Assembly (NCBI RefSeq): GCF_000143415.4
Contig: NW_003314274.1
Span: 1,177,563 to 1,241,562, forward strand
Reading direction: 5' to 3'
Origin: Selaginella moellendorffii
Lineage: Eukaryota > Plantae > Lycopodiophyta
Length of the DNA: 64,000 bases
Under the pieces are notes generated by a model. That model was given only the letters and a program-made list of their open reading frames with translations. It made no database searches and was not told the DNA's origin. The translations under genes and the position numbers were made by a program. Below are positions 49,644 to 62,549 of the stretch, piece by piece. Each line of letters starts with the position of its first letter. The first letter of the stretch is position 1.

Positions 49644-49992
49644 ATTGCTTAGTGTTCGGATCTATGTATTTTATTAGTCGAATTTACTTGGAAATATAGA
49701 TTATGGAGATCAAAAAGTCTGAAATCAATGTTGTATCACTTGGAGAGTCTCACCAGTGCGTTGTTTTCGTGTGTACGTTACAGTTTGAATAAAATTTTGA
49801 AAAATGGAAAGATGTTGGTTCGGGACGAACCAATGTTTTTCTTGTGTTTGAGAAGCCGTGAGCTCAACTCGTGAGCTCATGAGCTCAAAACCTACTCGGG
49901 CTCCCTCAAATGGAATCACAAGTAGATCTTTTCAGTGATTGTAGAGGCTCTAAACCTAGACAACATTGAATGAAGGAGTTCTTTTTGTGATT

Positions 49993-52900
49993 TGTCGCAA
50001 ATGTGACTTTGGGTATTGAAAGTTATCTGTTGGCCAGTCCTTATGAACACTCTTTCTTTACTGTTACGACAACAAGAGGTTGGTATTGCTGGACCCTTTA
50101 TTAATCCCTCTTGTGCTAGTGGAGTTAATTAGGCATTTCGAGTATACTTAAACCGGACAAGCATAAGGACAGAATTCCAACGTACTATTAATTAAGCCCG
50201 GTAAGGAGTTCCTGTCTCGTTGTGTTTTGCACTAGCTAGTGACAAGAACCCTCACATATTAAAACTAACCCCTCAATATCGCTATATGATAGCTTACCAT
50301 GTCTGCCAAACACCCTCGCTATCATGCCCTTTCATTCTAGTCTCAAATACTATTTATAAAAAGTATCCAGATTTGCTCCTTTGGCATATCTACAAAATGT
50401 AGAGATTGTTTTGAACACAATGGTGTTCACCCCGTACCCAAATTCGCAATCTAAGGACATTCCATATTTAGTAAGTTTCGAGCTTGTCCCAGAGACTAAC
50501 TCCTGGTATTAAGGGAGGCTTGGGGTGAAAGCCCAAAGCATGTGTTCTTCAAGGGGGGCATATGGGGGGTTTCCAAATGTATAATAGGGATAGTGGGTAG
50601 GTCGGGCATGGCCAACCAACCTAAGGCATAGTCTAGCTCCTGCTTGCATGCCTATCTTTGTTTTGCATCCGGCTTGGGTTTAAGCCCAAGTTCCACACAC
50701 CATGCTAGTTGGTGGAGTACCCATGTCCTTGTGTTAAGCCATCGATATGCCAAAATAGCACTAAACTCTGTTTGGCTCCGTTTTGCATGTTAGTCCTGGC
50801 ATTAGGATGCTGGTTGCTCCAGGATTGTTCCAAGTTGCTCCGTGCTTTTGTCCCTTCGCTCCTTGGGCTATATGCTTGGGGGTCGTTCCATGCCCTAATG
50901 TTGTTGCTCCTTGGCTCCAAGCTTGAGAGTTTGGCACCGTTCCTTCGTTCAGTGGCCCAAGGCCCTAAAACTTGGGTTCCACACCATTATCCTTTGGACA
51001 CATGGCATATGATATGTGGCATCTGTCATGTGGCACAAAGAGGGTTTAGGTTCTGCTTCATGGTTATCCTATGGTAAATCACCATAGGATAAAGGGTAAA
51101 AACCATATGCGCTACATTTGGTATTAGAGAATGAGTCTCGGCAAGCACTATCTAATGAGATTGGGCAGCTAGTCTCATTGTATACGTAGAGATGAAAACG
51201 ATGATCCAAGTGGGTACACATTTGGGTGCTAAAACTTTGCATTGGTTCCTTAGGTGTGGATTTTGGTTACCTTTTTGTACTATAATAATGTGAGCTTGCT
51301 CTTGGGCTTATAAAAAGTATGTGAGATGTTCCGTTTGCATGAGTTTGCACTTGGGCTCATGAGTGAGGCACATTAGCAACTCAAGGTTACACTTTGAGTT
51401 AGCAAGATTAATGTTAGCCTATCGATGGTTCCATGAGCTGTTCCATGTACCATGGGTGAAAATAAACCTTCCTTAGGTTTGCTATAAGTGGCAAATAGGC
51501 TGGTCCATAGCTATTTAGCACAGCACAGGTGAATCCTTCCTAGGCATGATCGTAAGTGGATCAATCAAGACTATAGGGATGAGTCTATTGATTCAAGTAA
51601 TCATTGCCGTGCTCTCTCATAAACTTTTTTTAGATTGGATTGAAGGTAGTGCAAAAGTAAACTTGAGGTTCAGTCAAAGATGAGACCGAAAAGAGAGTTA
51701 TCAAAGACGAAGGATCAAACACGTAAATCATCTTCTCTTCTTGGAGAGATGATTCTCATCGAGATGTGACTTGTTGCTCGTGTTCACATTATGTAATCAA
51801 AAGTCCTTATCTTGATGCATGTTAGAAATGATGGTCTTACGAATGGTAAGTTATGGGATGGATAACAGTGAAGTACTATACCATTTTGTCTAGACTTGCT
51901 ATTGAAAGACTTGGGTTGCAATGCACAATTCTTTTCTGGGGATCCTTGCTATTGCTCTTTGAATAGCTTGGTGTTGGATTAATTTTGAGTTTGGTTGGAA
52001 AGAGAGTAATATGAGTTTGTTCATGTTGTGAACAAAAGTTAGTGGTATTAGGTGTTGTAAATCTTTATTGGTGAAGTATGGCATTTATATTGCATTTTGT
52101 CGAATTGAGTTGACATTTGATACTCACATAAACCTTTATAATAGTGATATAGGCATTGCTTATAGTGTTACTTGATTGATGATCAAGTTATTGTGATATT
52201 CATATCATATCCATGTGATAAATGAGCAATGTGTTTGCAAAGTTGTTTAGGTGAACAATGATCAACCCCAAAGTGGTTGATGGTGAAGCTAATCTACTTG
52301 CAAAACGTAGCATTGTAATAGCTTTGACTAGATTTTCAATGGTGATCCATTATGTTAAGCTTAAGTTGATACCTTGTTTCCTTTGAGAGTTTACTTATGA
52401 GGTGTTGGAAAAAGGGTTGTAATATTCATTTGTTATAGCTTGTTGGTTTATTTGTTAGCACTTGGAGTAGATTTTCGGATAGAGAAGGTGTGTAGTTGAG
52501 GCATTGATATCGCTAGCACTTGTGTTAATGAAAGTGACATTGTTATTTCAAGTGATAAGGAATTTTCCTTAGACCTTGATTTTTCAAGTCATTTTTCTTG
52601 TTAGTGTTTTGGCTTCACATTGAATCTTGAAGGTGGTTGAAGAAAAGTGTTAGTGCAATATGGATATCCTAAGATATAGTCTTCATGATGAAGCCTTGGA
52701 TATTCATTTTGCATTTTTGCGGATGTCGGTGTTGGATATCAGAAATGTGGGCAAAAATGTTCGATGCTTAAGCATATTGTTGGATCATGAGAATTTGTGC
52801 TGAGGTGAACCTATGTGAAGTTGTAAGCAGAAGGAAGTTGGTTGAGTCTTGAAAGTTTGCATTCCTAGACTGAGAGTCATTCTTTCTCTAGGATGGAAAA

Positions 52901-55104
52901 TTTTCCACAAATTTTCTTAAACTTTTCCAATGGCTGATTTGTTGGTCACTTTGCTCAAAAACCATTTCATTTTTGTAAGCTAGTACAAACTAGTGAAGGG
53001 GTTAGAGTTAACTTTGGTTAGCTTAGACCTTAGTAGTAGTTTGTATGATGCGCCTGAAAGGGATGCTAACTTTTAAGGCTAAGGCAATTTTGTTGAATAA
53101 AGTTTAGAGTTGGTGTAGAAAAGTGGCCGTAGCACTTTTCTAAGAAGGGTGACCCTTGTGCTTTTCTTCTGTAGCATTATGCTTGGTGGCAAGTTGCACC
53201 TTGCATGTCGATAGACTCTACGAGAGTAGTGAATTCTCACTGATCTTGATTTAGTCTTGGTATCTTTGCGCTTTGGCTAAGGATAATGATGTCCAACTTA
53301 GTTATTAAAGTTAAGATGTTAGTACCCATACTATAGCTTGTCTATCAGGAGGTTATGTACCAATATAAGTCCATCTTATAGTCTTCACTTTAGTTTCGAC
53401 TGATTGTTAGTCATGCATAGCTAGCCTCTTCAATGTGTGCTCAAAGCTAGAGGCTAAATGCATTGGTGAGCTTGTCGCAGTTGAGTTGGATTCGAGTGGT
53501 TATTTGGTTTGTGCTTGTCTATAAACCTTTATCTTATACCTGAGGTATTATGTTTATGTTGAACAAGTATATGACTTGATGACATGAGTTTAATGTTGGG
53601 TCTTGTGAAGGCAAGTTGAAGAATGATTATTGGTTGCTTTGCAACTAGTGATTGCTTGTAGACTTCGTCGAGGACTGTTTGACACTTGCTTCGCTCGATG
53701 ATGATTTAGTAGTGATGGGCTTACTTTACCAGATGGTGTTGCGTAGGATCATGTTGTTAGAATTACATGGGTTTTCCATGTTGGCATGTCAACTCTACCT
53801 CTGTTGATATCATTTGGTTGTGTTTAGTTTGTAGTGTTGGATTTCATTGAGTCTTGGACATGGTGAATCATTCCTTGAGGAAGTATTATTTGTAATTGAG
53901 TTTTGATGAAGGATTAGTCTTGAATACTGACTAAAGTATCTTCAACTTTGTTGTAAGAGAGTTTTGAGTGGTGATTCACTCTTGCTTTCTTCTAGCTTTG
54001 TCTTGGTGTTGATAACATTGAAATGATGGCTTATCGTTGACATTGTTGATATTGAGACTCGAGTGAAATGAGATGTCTCTCCGTAGGGTTGATATTGAGT
54101 TTCATTAGTCTCAATGAGGATAGTGTTGATGATTTGGCTATAGCTTTGTGTTATTAGCATTCGTGCATTTGCTAGTTAGCAACTGTATTGACGTTTAAAT
54201 GAACTGAGTGGCAAGTTGAGTTAATTGTGTTCTAGACGAAATTATTTAGTAGAAGTTCAACTTAAGCTTTTTCTAGAGTTGTTTCCTTGACAATGGTCTA
54301 GACTCGAGTATGCATCGACGAAGATGTTGATCTTCCCTAGGGGGGGGGGGGAAAGTGTCGCAAATGTAACTTCAGGTATTGAAAGTTACCTATTGGCTAG
54401 TCCTTACGGACACTCTTTCCTCATGCCCAAATTCACAATCTAGGGATATTCCATATTTAGTAAGTTTCGAGCTTGTCCCAGACACTAACTCTCGGTATTA
54501 AGGGAGGCTTGGGGTGAAAGCCCGAAGCGTATGTTCCTCAAAAGGGGGGGATATGAGGGGTTCCAAATGTATAGTAGGGATAGTGGGTAGGTCGGGAATG
54601 GATGATCAACTTGAGGCATAATCTAGCTTCCACTTGCAAGCCTGTCCTTCTTCTGCATCCGGCTTGGGTCTAAGTCCAAGTTCCACACCATGCTAGTTGG
54701 TGGAGTACCCATGTCCTTGCGTTAAACCATCGGTATGCCAAAATAGCGCCAAACTCTATTTGGCTCCGTTTTGCATGCTGGTCTTGGCATTAGGATGTTA
54801 GTTACTCCAGGACTGTTCCAAGTCGCTCCGTGCTCTTATCCCTTCACTCCTTGGGTTATATGCTCGGGAGTCATTCCGTGCCTTAGTGTTATTGCTCCTT
54901 AGCTCCATGCTTGGGAGTTTGGCACTGTTCCTTCATTCAGTGGCCCAAAGCCCTAATACTCGAATTTCACACCATTATCCTTTGGATATGTGGCATGTGA
55001 CATGTGGCATCTATCATGTGGTACAAAGAGGGTTTAGGTTATATTTCGTGGTTATCTTATGGTAAATAACCATAGGATAAAGGGTAAAAACGACGTGCAC
55101 TACA
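49993..55104 (+). mobile_element. Non-autonomous LTR retroelement (LARD-like), no intact ORFs
   Basis: LTRs 49993-51116 and 54356-55104 (TGTCGC...CTACA); TSD TGATT on both sides; PBS TTTGGTATTAGAG at 51117; PPT AG12AAAG at 54339-54355; 3.2-kb G/T-skewed interior. Confidence 0.92.
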
Positions 55105-55199
55105 TGATTGCAATGGCTTAGTGCCCAAAAACCAAAAGAAAGATAGTTTTTCAACTATCACTTAAGCTATAGAGTATGGGATGAGTTTAAAATTAACAC

Positions 55200-57100
55200 A
55201 AATTAAAGCTTGGAAAGACATAGCTTGGGTCAGCACTATTGCACAAAACTTTGAAAAATTGTTTAGTTTGACATATATTATTAAGAAACTCAAGTTTAAA
55301 TTGTTTAGATAGCAATTTCTTGAGAAAAATCCAAAAGAAGATGAATGGAGTTTGATGTGGAAAACACAATTACTACTCTAGAAGTTTTTTTCTTCTGAGC
55401 AAGTTATCATTTAGGGTTTTAAAAAATACATTTTTTCAGTAGCATGTCACAATTTTTCTAAACATATACAGCAGGGAAAATGGGGCATCTGTAACTCTGT
55501 GTTTTCAAATCTATCTTAAAAAGAGTTAAAGTCATACTTAGTGAAAAATAAATTGGGGAATTATTCATCCAAATCTTACGAGGCATTGAAAAAGGTAGAA
55601 TAACAATTAAAACATTATGTTGTTTCAAAGCTTTGATCCAAGGTTCTTTAACTTGAACAACTACTCAAATACGGTTTGAGAATAGACTTGTCCTAAGTTT
55701 AAATTTTTTATACATATTGTAAGAGTCTATGAGACTTAAGCAAGACTCACAAGTCGAAAATTCAAAAGTAGTTATCACAAACCGCTCTAACTGTTTGAAC
55801 TACTTTATGCTTAATACATCTAGGTAAATTAATCAAAGATCATCTTTTATACATAGAGAGCTTACTCAAATAAGCTCAAAAATATGTCATACAAGCTTGA
55901 GTAAAGACTTGTATTGACTATTACCGTTTATTGGCGAAGAGGCTAAAGAGAAATTTGATTTAAAAAACAATTTTTGTTTAGATTTGAAGTAAAATTTTTC
56001 ACAAGTTAGCTATCATATATTTGAAAAGCTACTTAATATCATTTCATAAATAAATTGGTCTAGAATAGACTATCATGTGCTAGATAATTTGACCCTTGTA
56101 TTGATTCTACAGGATAATTTCATAGAATGGTCTTCACTTCCCCTTTAAATTAGTCTCTAGTGTTTATCCATTTAAAAGAGGTTTGCTTAAAATTTGCAAA
56201 GAGAAATAGACCATTTTTTCTAATTCCACAGTTGTAAAAGCAAAGTTGGTTATAAGTCAGAGAATATGACCCACTATGAAGTAGGCAAGCTACTCTAGAA
56301 TTGGCTATTATGTGCTAAAGACCTTACACTAAATTAATTTTAACCACACTAAATATAGGTAAAAAGGGAAGGTTATTTTGCGCACTGAAATAGAGAGATT
56401 GAGGATTGACGTCCTGATAGTCCTGATAGAAGTTTATTAAAGGAATTGGGGTAGATAAAATAAAAATGTTTACTAGTGATCCACCATATCTATTAGAAGT
56501 ACATTTTGCATATAGACCCAAATGGAAGTTAGTTGATCCCTACTTTATGTGATTAGGCAAAAGTATAAAAAAACAAAAACTAAACTATATTTTGTGCTTA
56601 ATTAGGCCAAAAAATTATAGCTTTAATGAAATTGTTTAAATAGCTTGAAAAATTATAGAGTGAAATACTTGATAATATTTTGCTCAATGTAGACAGAGAT
56701 CTGACTCTTGATACCTTTACTATTGTCAAAGAAAGTGTGATAATACACTTAGACTACTTTGTAGGTACACAATACAAGTAAGATTTATATTTGTAAAGTT
56801 ACCTATATAAAAAGATAATAGTACCAAAAGTTTTACTAGATAGAGAAATAATCTGCTTATCTGAACTAGATGTAAATCCTAAGTATTATAACCGGATTTA
56901 TAAAATTCTACCTACTAAACAATTGCTAAAATTTTATGCAATCTTAGGTAAATATTGTGAATATGACTATAGGTATCGAAAGTTACTTGTTGATTAATCT
57001 TTTCAAATATTCTTTCCTTACTACCATAATAGCAAAAGGTCGGTATTACTAATTCCTTTTTTAGCCCTTTTTGTTCAAATGTTAGTAAATTAGGCTTAGT
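55200..57100 (-). mobile_element. Possible very decayed non-LTR (LINE) reverse transcriptase remnant
   Basis: Weak, correctly ordered echoes of RT motifs (LCTYKV, LVFVFLYF, GRQSSISLF, LITNFAFTT) in AT-rich DNA. Confidence 0.25.
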
Positions 57101-57229
57101 ATCTGTACTTAACTAGATGAACAGAAGGTAGGAACTCCTATGTATTTTTTGTTGAGTATACTTGGCTTGGCTCTTAGTTTTCTTTTGCTCTATCTTGCAC
57201 TAGCTTGATAAAAACCCTTGCATATTGAG

Positions 57230-57860
57230 ATTAGTCCCTTAATATTGCTAGATGAGAGCTTATCATATTTATCAAACACCCTCACTATCATGCTCTTTGT
57301 GTTAGTCATATTCAATCCTAATTGCAATTTATGGAAAGTGTCTAGATTTGCTAATTTGGCATATTTATGAAATGTAAAGATTGTTCTGAACACAATACTA
57401 TTAATCTTGCATTTAAGTTTGCAATCTAACACCATTCCATATTTAGTAAGTTTTGAATTAGTCCCAAAGACTAACTCTTGGTACTAAAAGTGACTAAGGG
57501 TGAAAGCCTAAAGCATGTGTTCCTCAAGGGTGGTTCCAAATGTATAGTAAGGATAGTGGGTAGGTCAAGCATAATTGACCAACCTAAAGTATAGTTTAAC
57601 TCTCGCTTGCGTATATATTTTTATTTTGCATCTGACTTGGGTCTAAACGCAAATTCCACACTATGCTAATTGGTAAAGTACCTATATCCTTGCATTAGGC
57701 CACTAGTATATTAAAATAACACTAGACTTTATTTGACTTTGTTTTGCATGTTGCTCCTGGCATTGAGCTGTTAGAAGCTCTAAGACTATTACTATAATGC
57801 TCCATGCTTCTATTCTTTCACTCTTTGGGTTAAATGTTTAGAAATCACTTCATGTTTTGG
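57230..57860 (+). mobile_element. Degenerate partial LTR of the 49993-55104 family
   Basis: ttccatatttagtaagtttt...gggtgaaagcctaaagcatgtgtt...tgtatagtaaggatagtgggtaggtc aligns to ~50260-50890. Confidence 0.8.
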
Positions 57861-59626
57861 TTCCTTTACAACCTTGATAGATCATATATGACTAAAGTGT
57901 CACAAATTTGGCATCTACTAAAAATGTAGCCAGCTGCTTCACAAGAAGAGCAGGAGTTAATAATCCCCCACTTTGTGCCAACATGATTCATAAAAACATT
58001 AGTCTAGACATGGTAAGGTACCTCTTGTATAGGTATTCTATTGTACACACCCATTCAGTTTGGATCAACCACCCACATATATTTGTATAGTGTTGGGTGT
58101 GAATTCCAAGGTAGTAGCAAAATAACTTGTGGTTAAAATCTTCAAGTGCATCTAGGTGCAAAATGCCGCTACACTAGCAAATCCACAAAAAGTTGTAAAA
58201 AGCCTACAAGATCCACAAGATAAAGGATTAATTAATGCAGTGAACATGAAGAAGAGTTGAAAGCTTAATACTACAGATAAGACANNNNNNNNNNNNNNNN
58301 NNNNNNNNNNNNNNNNNNNNNNNNNNNNNNNNNNNNNNNNNNNNNNNNNNNNNNNNNNNNNNNNNNNNNNNNNNNNNNNNNNNNCTGGATTTAGGGTTCA
58401 TTAAGGTTTAGGTAAAGTGATTTGCCATATGGTCAAGGGCATAGGTACAGGCATTGGCAAAGAAGTTATTCATCCCCAGGTTATCCCATCGAGTTTGACA
58501 AGCTCCTTTGCACTCAGAATTCTCCTGGATCGACCTAGGACATCAATCATGCAGAAATATAGAGTGAAGTGTTGGCTAATCAAGACAAAGTGTTCCCATG
58601 GGATGTTGTTATTAATTTTTCTATCTCAAATGTGAGGAAGTATGTTTATATTGTGGTGGCCAAAATATTTTATGATAGGAAGTCTCTTATTTTCCAAGAT
58701 TTGACTATATGTTCTTTTTTTATTTCTTTATTTTTGTATTGTTAGTTGTTATAAATTCCTCTTCTAATGTTTCTTTATCCACTTTTTCTTCTTTCACAAT
58801 AATTTTTCCTCAATTTTTCTTACTTTCTCCTTTTTGCTTTGACATTTCAAACTGTTTTATTCTTCCGAGGAGGGGGTAGAGGGGATGGATAGGAGTCTAA
58901 CCCCTAACAATAGAGTGAGGACAAGCAAATATAATAGTGGAGCAAGGATAAATAACATAGATTATGGAGTGAGGATGAACATAATGAGTTTAAATGGAAT
59001 ATCTAGCCTGAGGCTAAATAGATGCAATAGTGGAGTGAGGCTGAATATATATTACGGAGTGAGGATGAGTGTAATAAACCTGAACAAAGCTAGTATTTTA
59101 GAACTTTGTTTCCTTCAAAAAGGGGATAATGAGGATGTGGAAGACAAATAGAGTGAGTTTGACCTCCTATATGTGGTGCTAAATAGAGACGAAAGTCATA
59201 AATCTGAGTTAACATGGGTATTAAATTTTAACTAAAGGGAAGATGTAAAAATAGGTTTTACTTATAGTCATGAGTCCTAGTTAATAGTGGTCTCGGAGGA
59301 TTATTAGCAGGTAAATTTAGACATAGGATGAATTGTTTGGTGTAATAGCATTTTATGGATTATAATGGTTTTCAAAATCACTTGTTTTGGTTCAAAATTA
59401 TGGCTTCATGGTTAGTTTGAGTATTTGGTAGTTACACATGGAATTGCAACTAGTGCATCAAGATTTTGTAGTCGATTAATATTTATACCATGGCTTTAGG
59501 TTTTGTTTGATGGTTTTGTGGGAGTTTCAGATTCTTATGGTAGTTTATAATTGCTCAGTAAAAGCTTCAAATGTTCCACCTTACTTATTGTCATAAAAGG
59601 ATAGTGTAAATTTTGTAAATACATAC

Positions 59627-59664
59627 GTGTGTGTGTGTGTGTGTTTATATATATATATATATAT
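59627..59664. repeat. (GT)n/(AT)n microsatellite
   Basis: Seen directly. Confidence 0.9.
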
Positions 59665-59840
59665 TACCCTGCCTAGATAATACACTAATTATAATACTAT
59701 AACATATGGACCACATCCATTCTTCTATATAAACAACATTTTAAACCCTAATTAATATATCTATTCCAATATTGTTATTTGAAATATTTTAGGAATATAA
59801 GTTTATAACATTTTATAAAAAATTAAATAATGTTTTCCTT

Positions 59841-61790
59841 AGAGCCACAGGGAAGAAGCAGTGACAAAAAAGTAGAAGCTCTAGGTAACAGTTACCACTA
59901 TGTGGATGTTGCAAGTGGCTCCCAGTCAGTAAAAGAGCTGTGGTGCACTTAGTCAGCAGGAAACTTTCACCTCCTGGTATTTTTGCTGGACTCATTTGCT
60001 ATTTCTATTTGCTAGATGGAAGCCACTCTTCGACAGGTAAAGAAAATGAGCAAGAAATTTTAGCGACAAAAGTGCATCTACATTTACTTCAGCTTAATGG
60101 TAAGAACAGCAGACTTGTAGAAGAGGCTCTAGAACTCTGAGAGGATGGCTAAGGGAGAGATTTCGAGGGGACAAAAATTCGTTGCAAAACCTGACACGAG
60201 AAACAAAGAGCTCAGTGCTTAGTAAGCTTGAAATTGACACACCTTTACTCAGTTGGAGCGTCAGCCTCAAAGGCCGCCTGGAGAGAAGCTTGCGCTGCTG
60301 GATAGACGAACACCAGAATGTTCTCCATTTTGGTCCGGAACTCGTTGGGCATCAGCTCCAGCACTGTGTCCACGAACACCTCCTCCGACTCCACCACTTG
60401 AGACGCACCCGCAAGCAAACGCCGCGGGATCGATCTGGCATACTCGAGCCCCACGGTGAGCCCTGCATCGTTTAACAATGCCACGACTCTGAAAGAAATA
60501 AAAGACATGTAAGTACTAGTTGACAGAAGAAAACACAGAAAAAGAAAAAGAAAAACTTGCCCTGGAATGTTGAAAAACGCATCCCAGTTTGTTTTTCCAT
60601 CGGCTGCGAGTGGGATCTCCACATCTGCTTCTCTCGCAAGCCTCACGCATTTCTCCCGAGCGGCCTCACAGAGCTTTCGCAGAAGCACTCGCTCGAACAT
60701 GCGCAATACAGATAACCTCTGCCGCAATGCTGAGAGTTCACGGCCCTGGGCTGAAAGTTGACGACCCAGGGCTGAAAACTCCTCCTTCAGCTTCGAAGTT
60801 CTCTCCTTCAGCTTCGAAGTTTCCTCCTCGAGCTTTGCCACTCTCTCCGTGAGTTTGGTAATCTCCTTCTTAAGGCTGACGATCTCCCTTGAGTCCTTCT
60901 GCAGCTCCTGGATTTTCTCAACTTGCTCTTTGTTGACCTTCATAAGCTTGTCATTCTGTGCCTTTGTGTTGGTGACTTGCAGGATCAACGTGGAGTTCAG
61001 AGCTTTGAGTCTCGTGTTTGTGCCCTCCAGTCCCTGGTCTAGCTTGGGAACAACCCTGATGTAGTTCTGTCTGGCCCATGCCTCAGGCCTCAGCCTCGAG
61101 TTCTTGTAGCTCGGATCACTGATTTTGGCCTCCAGATCTTCCTTCCGCAGGTTGAAACGTTTCGCTGCCGCATCCACCGCAAAACCAAAAGCGCCATCCA
61201 GAGATTTCTTCCAGTCACCCGCTGGAAGAGGCCATGCAGACAGAGTGCACTCCACGTAAAGAATCGGTACGCACGGACGATTCTCTCCAGGCGCAATGTA
61301 GTTCCCTGGAAAAAAGAATGACGATTCCAGGACAAAGAGCTACCACAAAGCTTCTACGAGGGCAGAGGCATGAATACCCTATTCTGCTTGGCATCCAATC
61401 TCTCAGCTTCGAGGGGGAATTCCCTCTTTGCTTTGGGCCAATCGATCGGGAGTGACTTACCGCTGCCGCTGCTGCTCATCGCTCCTCGCCAAGAACCCTA
61501 AACGAATGAAGACTGTTGTCAATTTAGAATAATTTTAGTACATTTATAAATCACTTTTGTTAAAACTGAATTAATATCAACTATTATTAAAAGTTATTAA
61601 TTATGCTCTATGTTATTGAAACTGTGACGAGACTTTGTCGAGAAGACCAACTCTTTTAACTGCAAGAAAGGTTTTAAATTGATAGAAATATGAAAACTTT
61701 ATGATATACATACATTGCTGTAGCAAGCCATCTTCTCCACAACTTTACAAATATCATTTGAAGTGCTCGTGAACTGCGTTGATAAATTCT
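59841..61790. repeat. Direct segmental duplicate of ~4536-6586
   Basis: Continuous high similarity covering the flank, the coiled-coil gene and the last MPP-alpha exons. Confidence 0.92.
60245..61480 (-). CDS. Lineage-specific coiled-coil protein (copy 2)
   Basis: Paralog of 4953-6260 with in-frame heptad-sized deletions; last intron donor is GC instead of GT. Confidence 0.65.
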
Positions 61791-62549
61791 GTAATTGGGG
61801 ATTGATATTTGAAAACCAGGAAGGTATTGGTCCTTGGAGCTTGCAAAAAATGGAATTTTAGTGCTAGATGAGTGCAGCTATATAATGATTAAGGCGATAT
61901 TGGGAACTTGTATTTGGCAGATCTTGAGAAGTTGGAGGATAGGATGTTTTACTTCAATTTGATGGCTACCAAAATCCTAACGCTAATATTAGTATATAGC
62001 ATCATAGCTATACACTTGGACCTCACAAAAATGAAAAAGCTATATAATTACTAATTATGAATAAAAGTGCATTTTAATTTGAATTTCCAATAAAATCTTT
62101 ATGAATAGTTTAGGCTGTAGAGTTAATGAGATTGAATAATATCCTAAACAATCTTGTGTGGGCTGGAACAAGTGCATTTGCTCATGGCAGCAAGCATTGC
62201 AAGTGCTGATATACACATTTCCTATATTCTTTTTCTATATTCCATGCACTTGCATTAGTGGAAATGAGGGGTAGTTTTTGATTATCCCTAAGGAGTGCTT
62301 GAATTTGGGATTTTTGGTTTCAATCTAACTTTTCCATTGTCTAAATCTTTTTTTCCTTGTAACTTTTTCTATTTCTTTTTTTTTGCTCTTTCCTTTGCAT
62401 TCATCTTCATAGCAGTAGTCTCCTCCTCTATTAACTCTAGAGTAGTAGTTGGAACAGACGGGTGATATGACCAGTTGATAGTAACTACCCCATGACTAAA
62501 GATTTCACTGTACACATGAAGTGCTGAAGCCAGACTGCCTATGCTGGCC

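Larger units (their letters stand above)
40718..49903. mobile_element. Complete Mutator-like DNA transposon (MULE) with two divergent genes
   Basis: 9-bp TSD CCTCAAATG (40709-40717 / 49904-49912); short imperfect TIRs GGGGCTGGGTAGTTTTTGAGCT / AGCTCAAAACCTACTCGGGCTC; contains a DDE-SWIM transposase; spans a 100-N gap. Confidence 0.9.

Noticed and set aside
57898-58173. Short solo LTR (TGTCACAAAT...CGCTACA)
   Set aside because: The termini resemble the LARD LTR, but there is no TSD and little internal similarity.
58885-59151. Protein-coding ORF
   Set aside because: It is explained by degenerate GGAGTGAGGATGA short repeats, with no recognisable domain.
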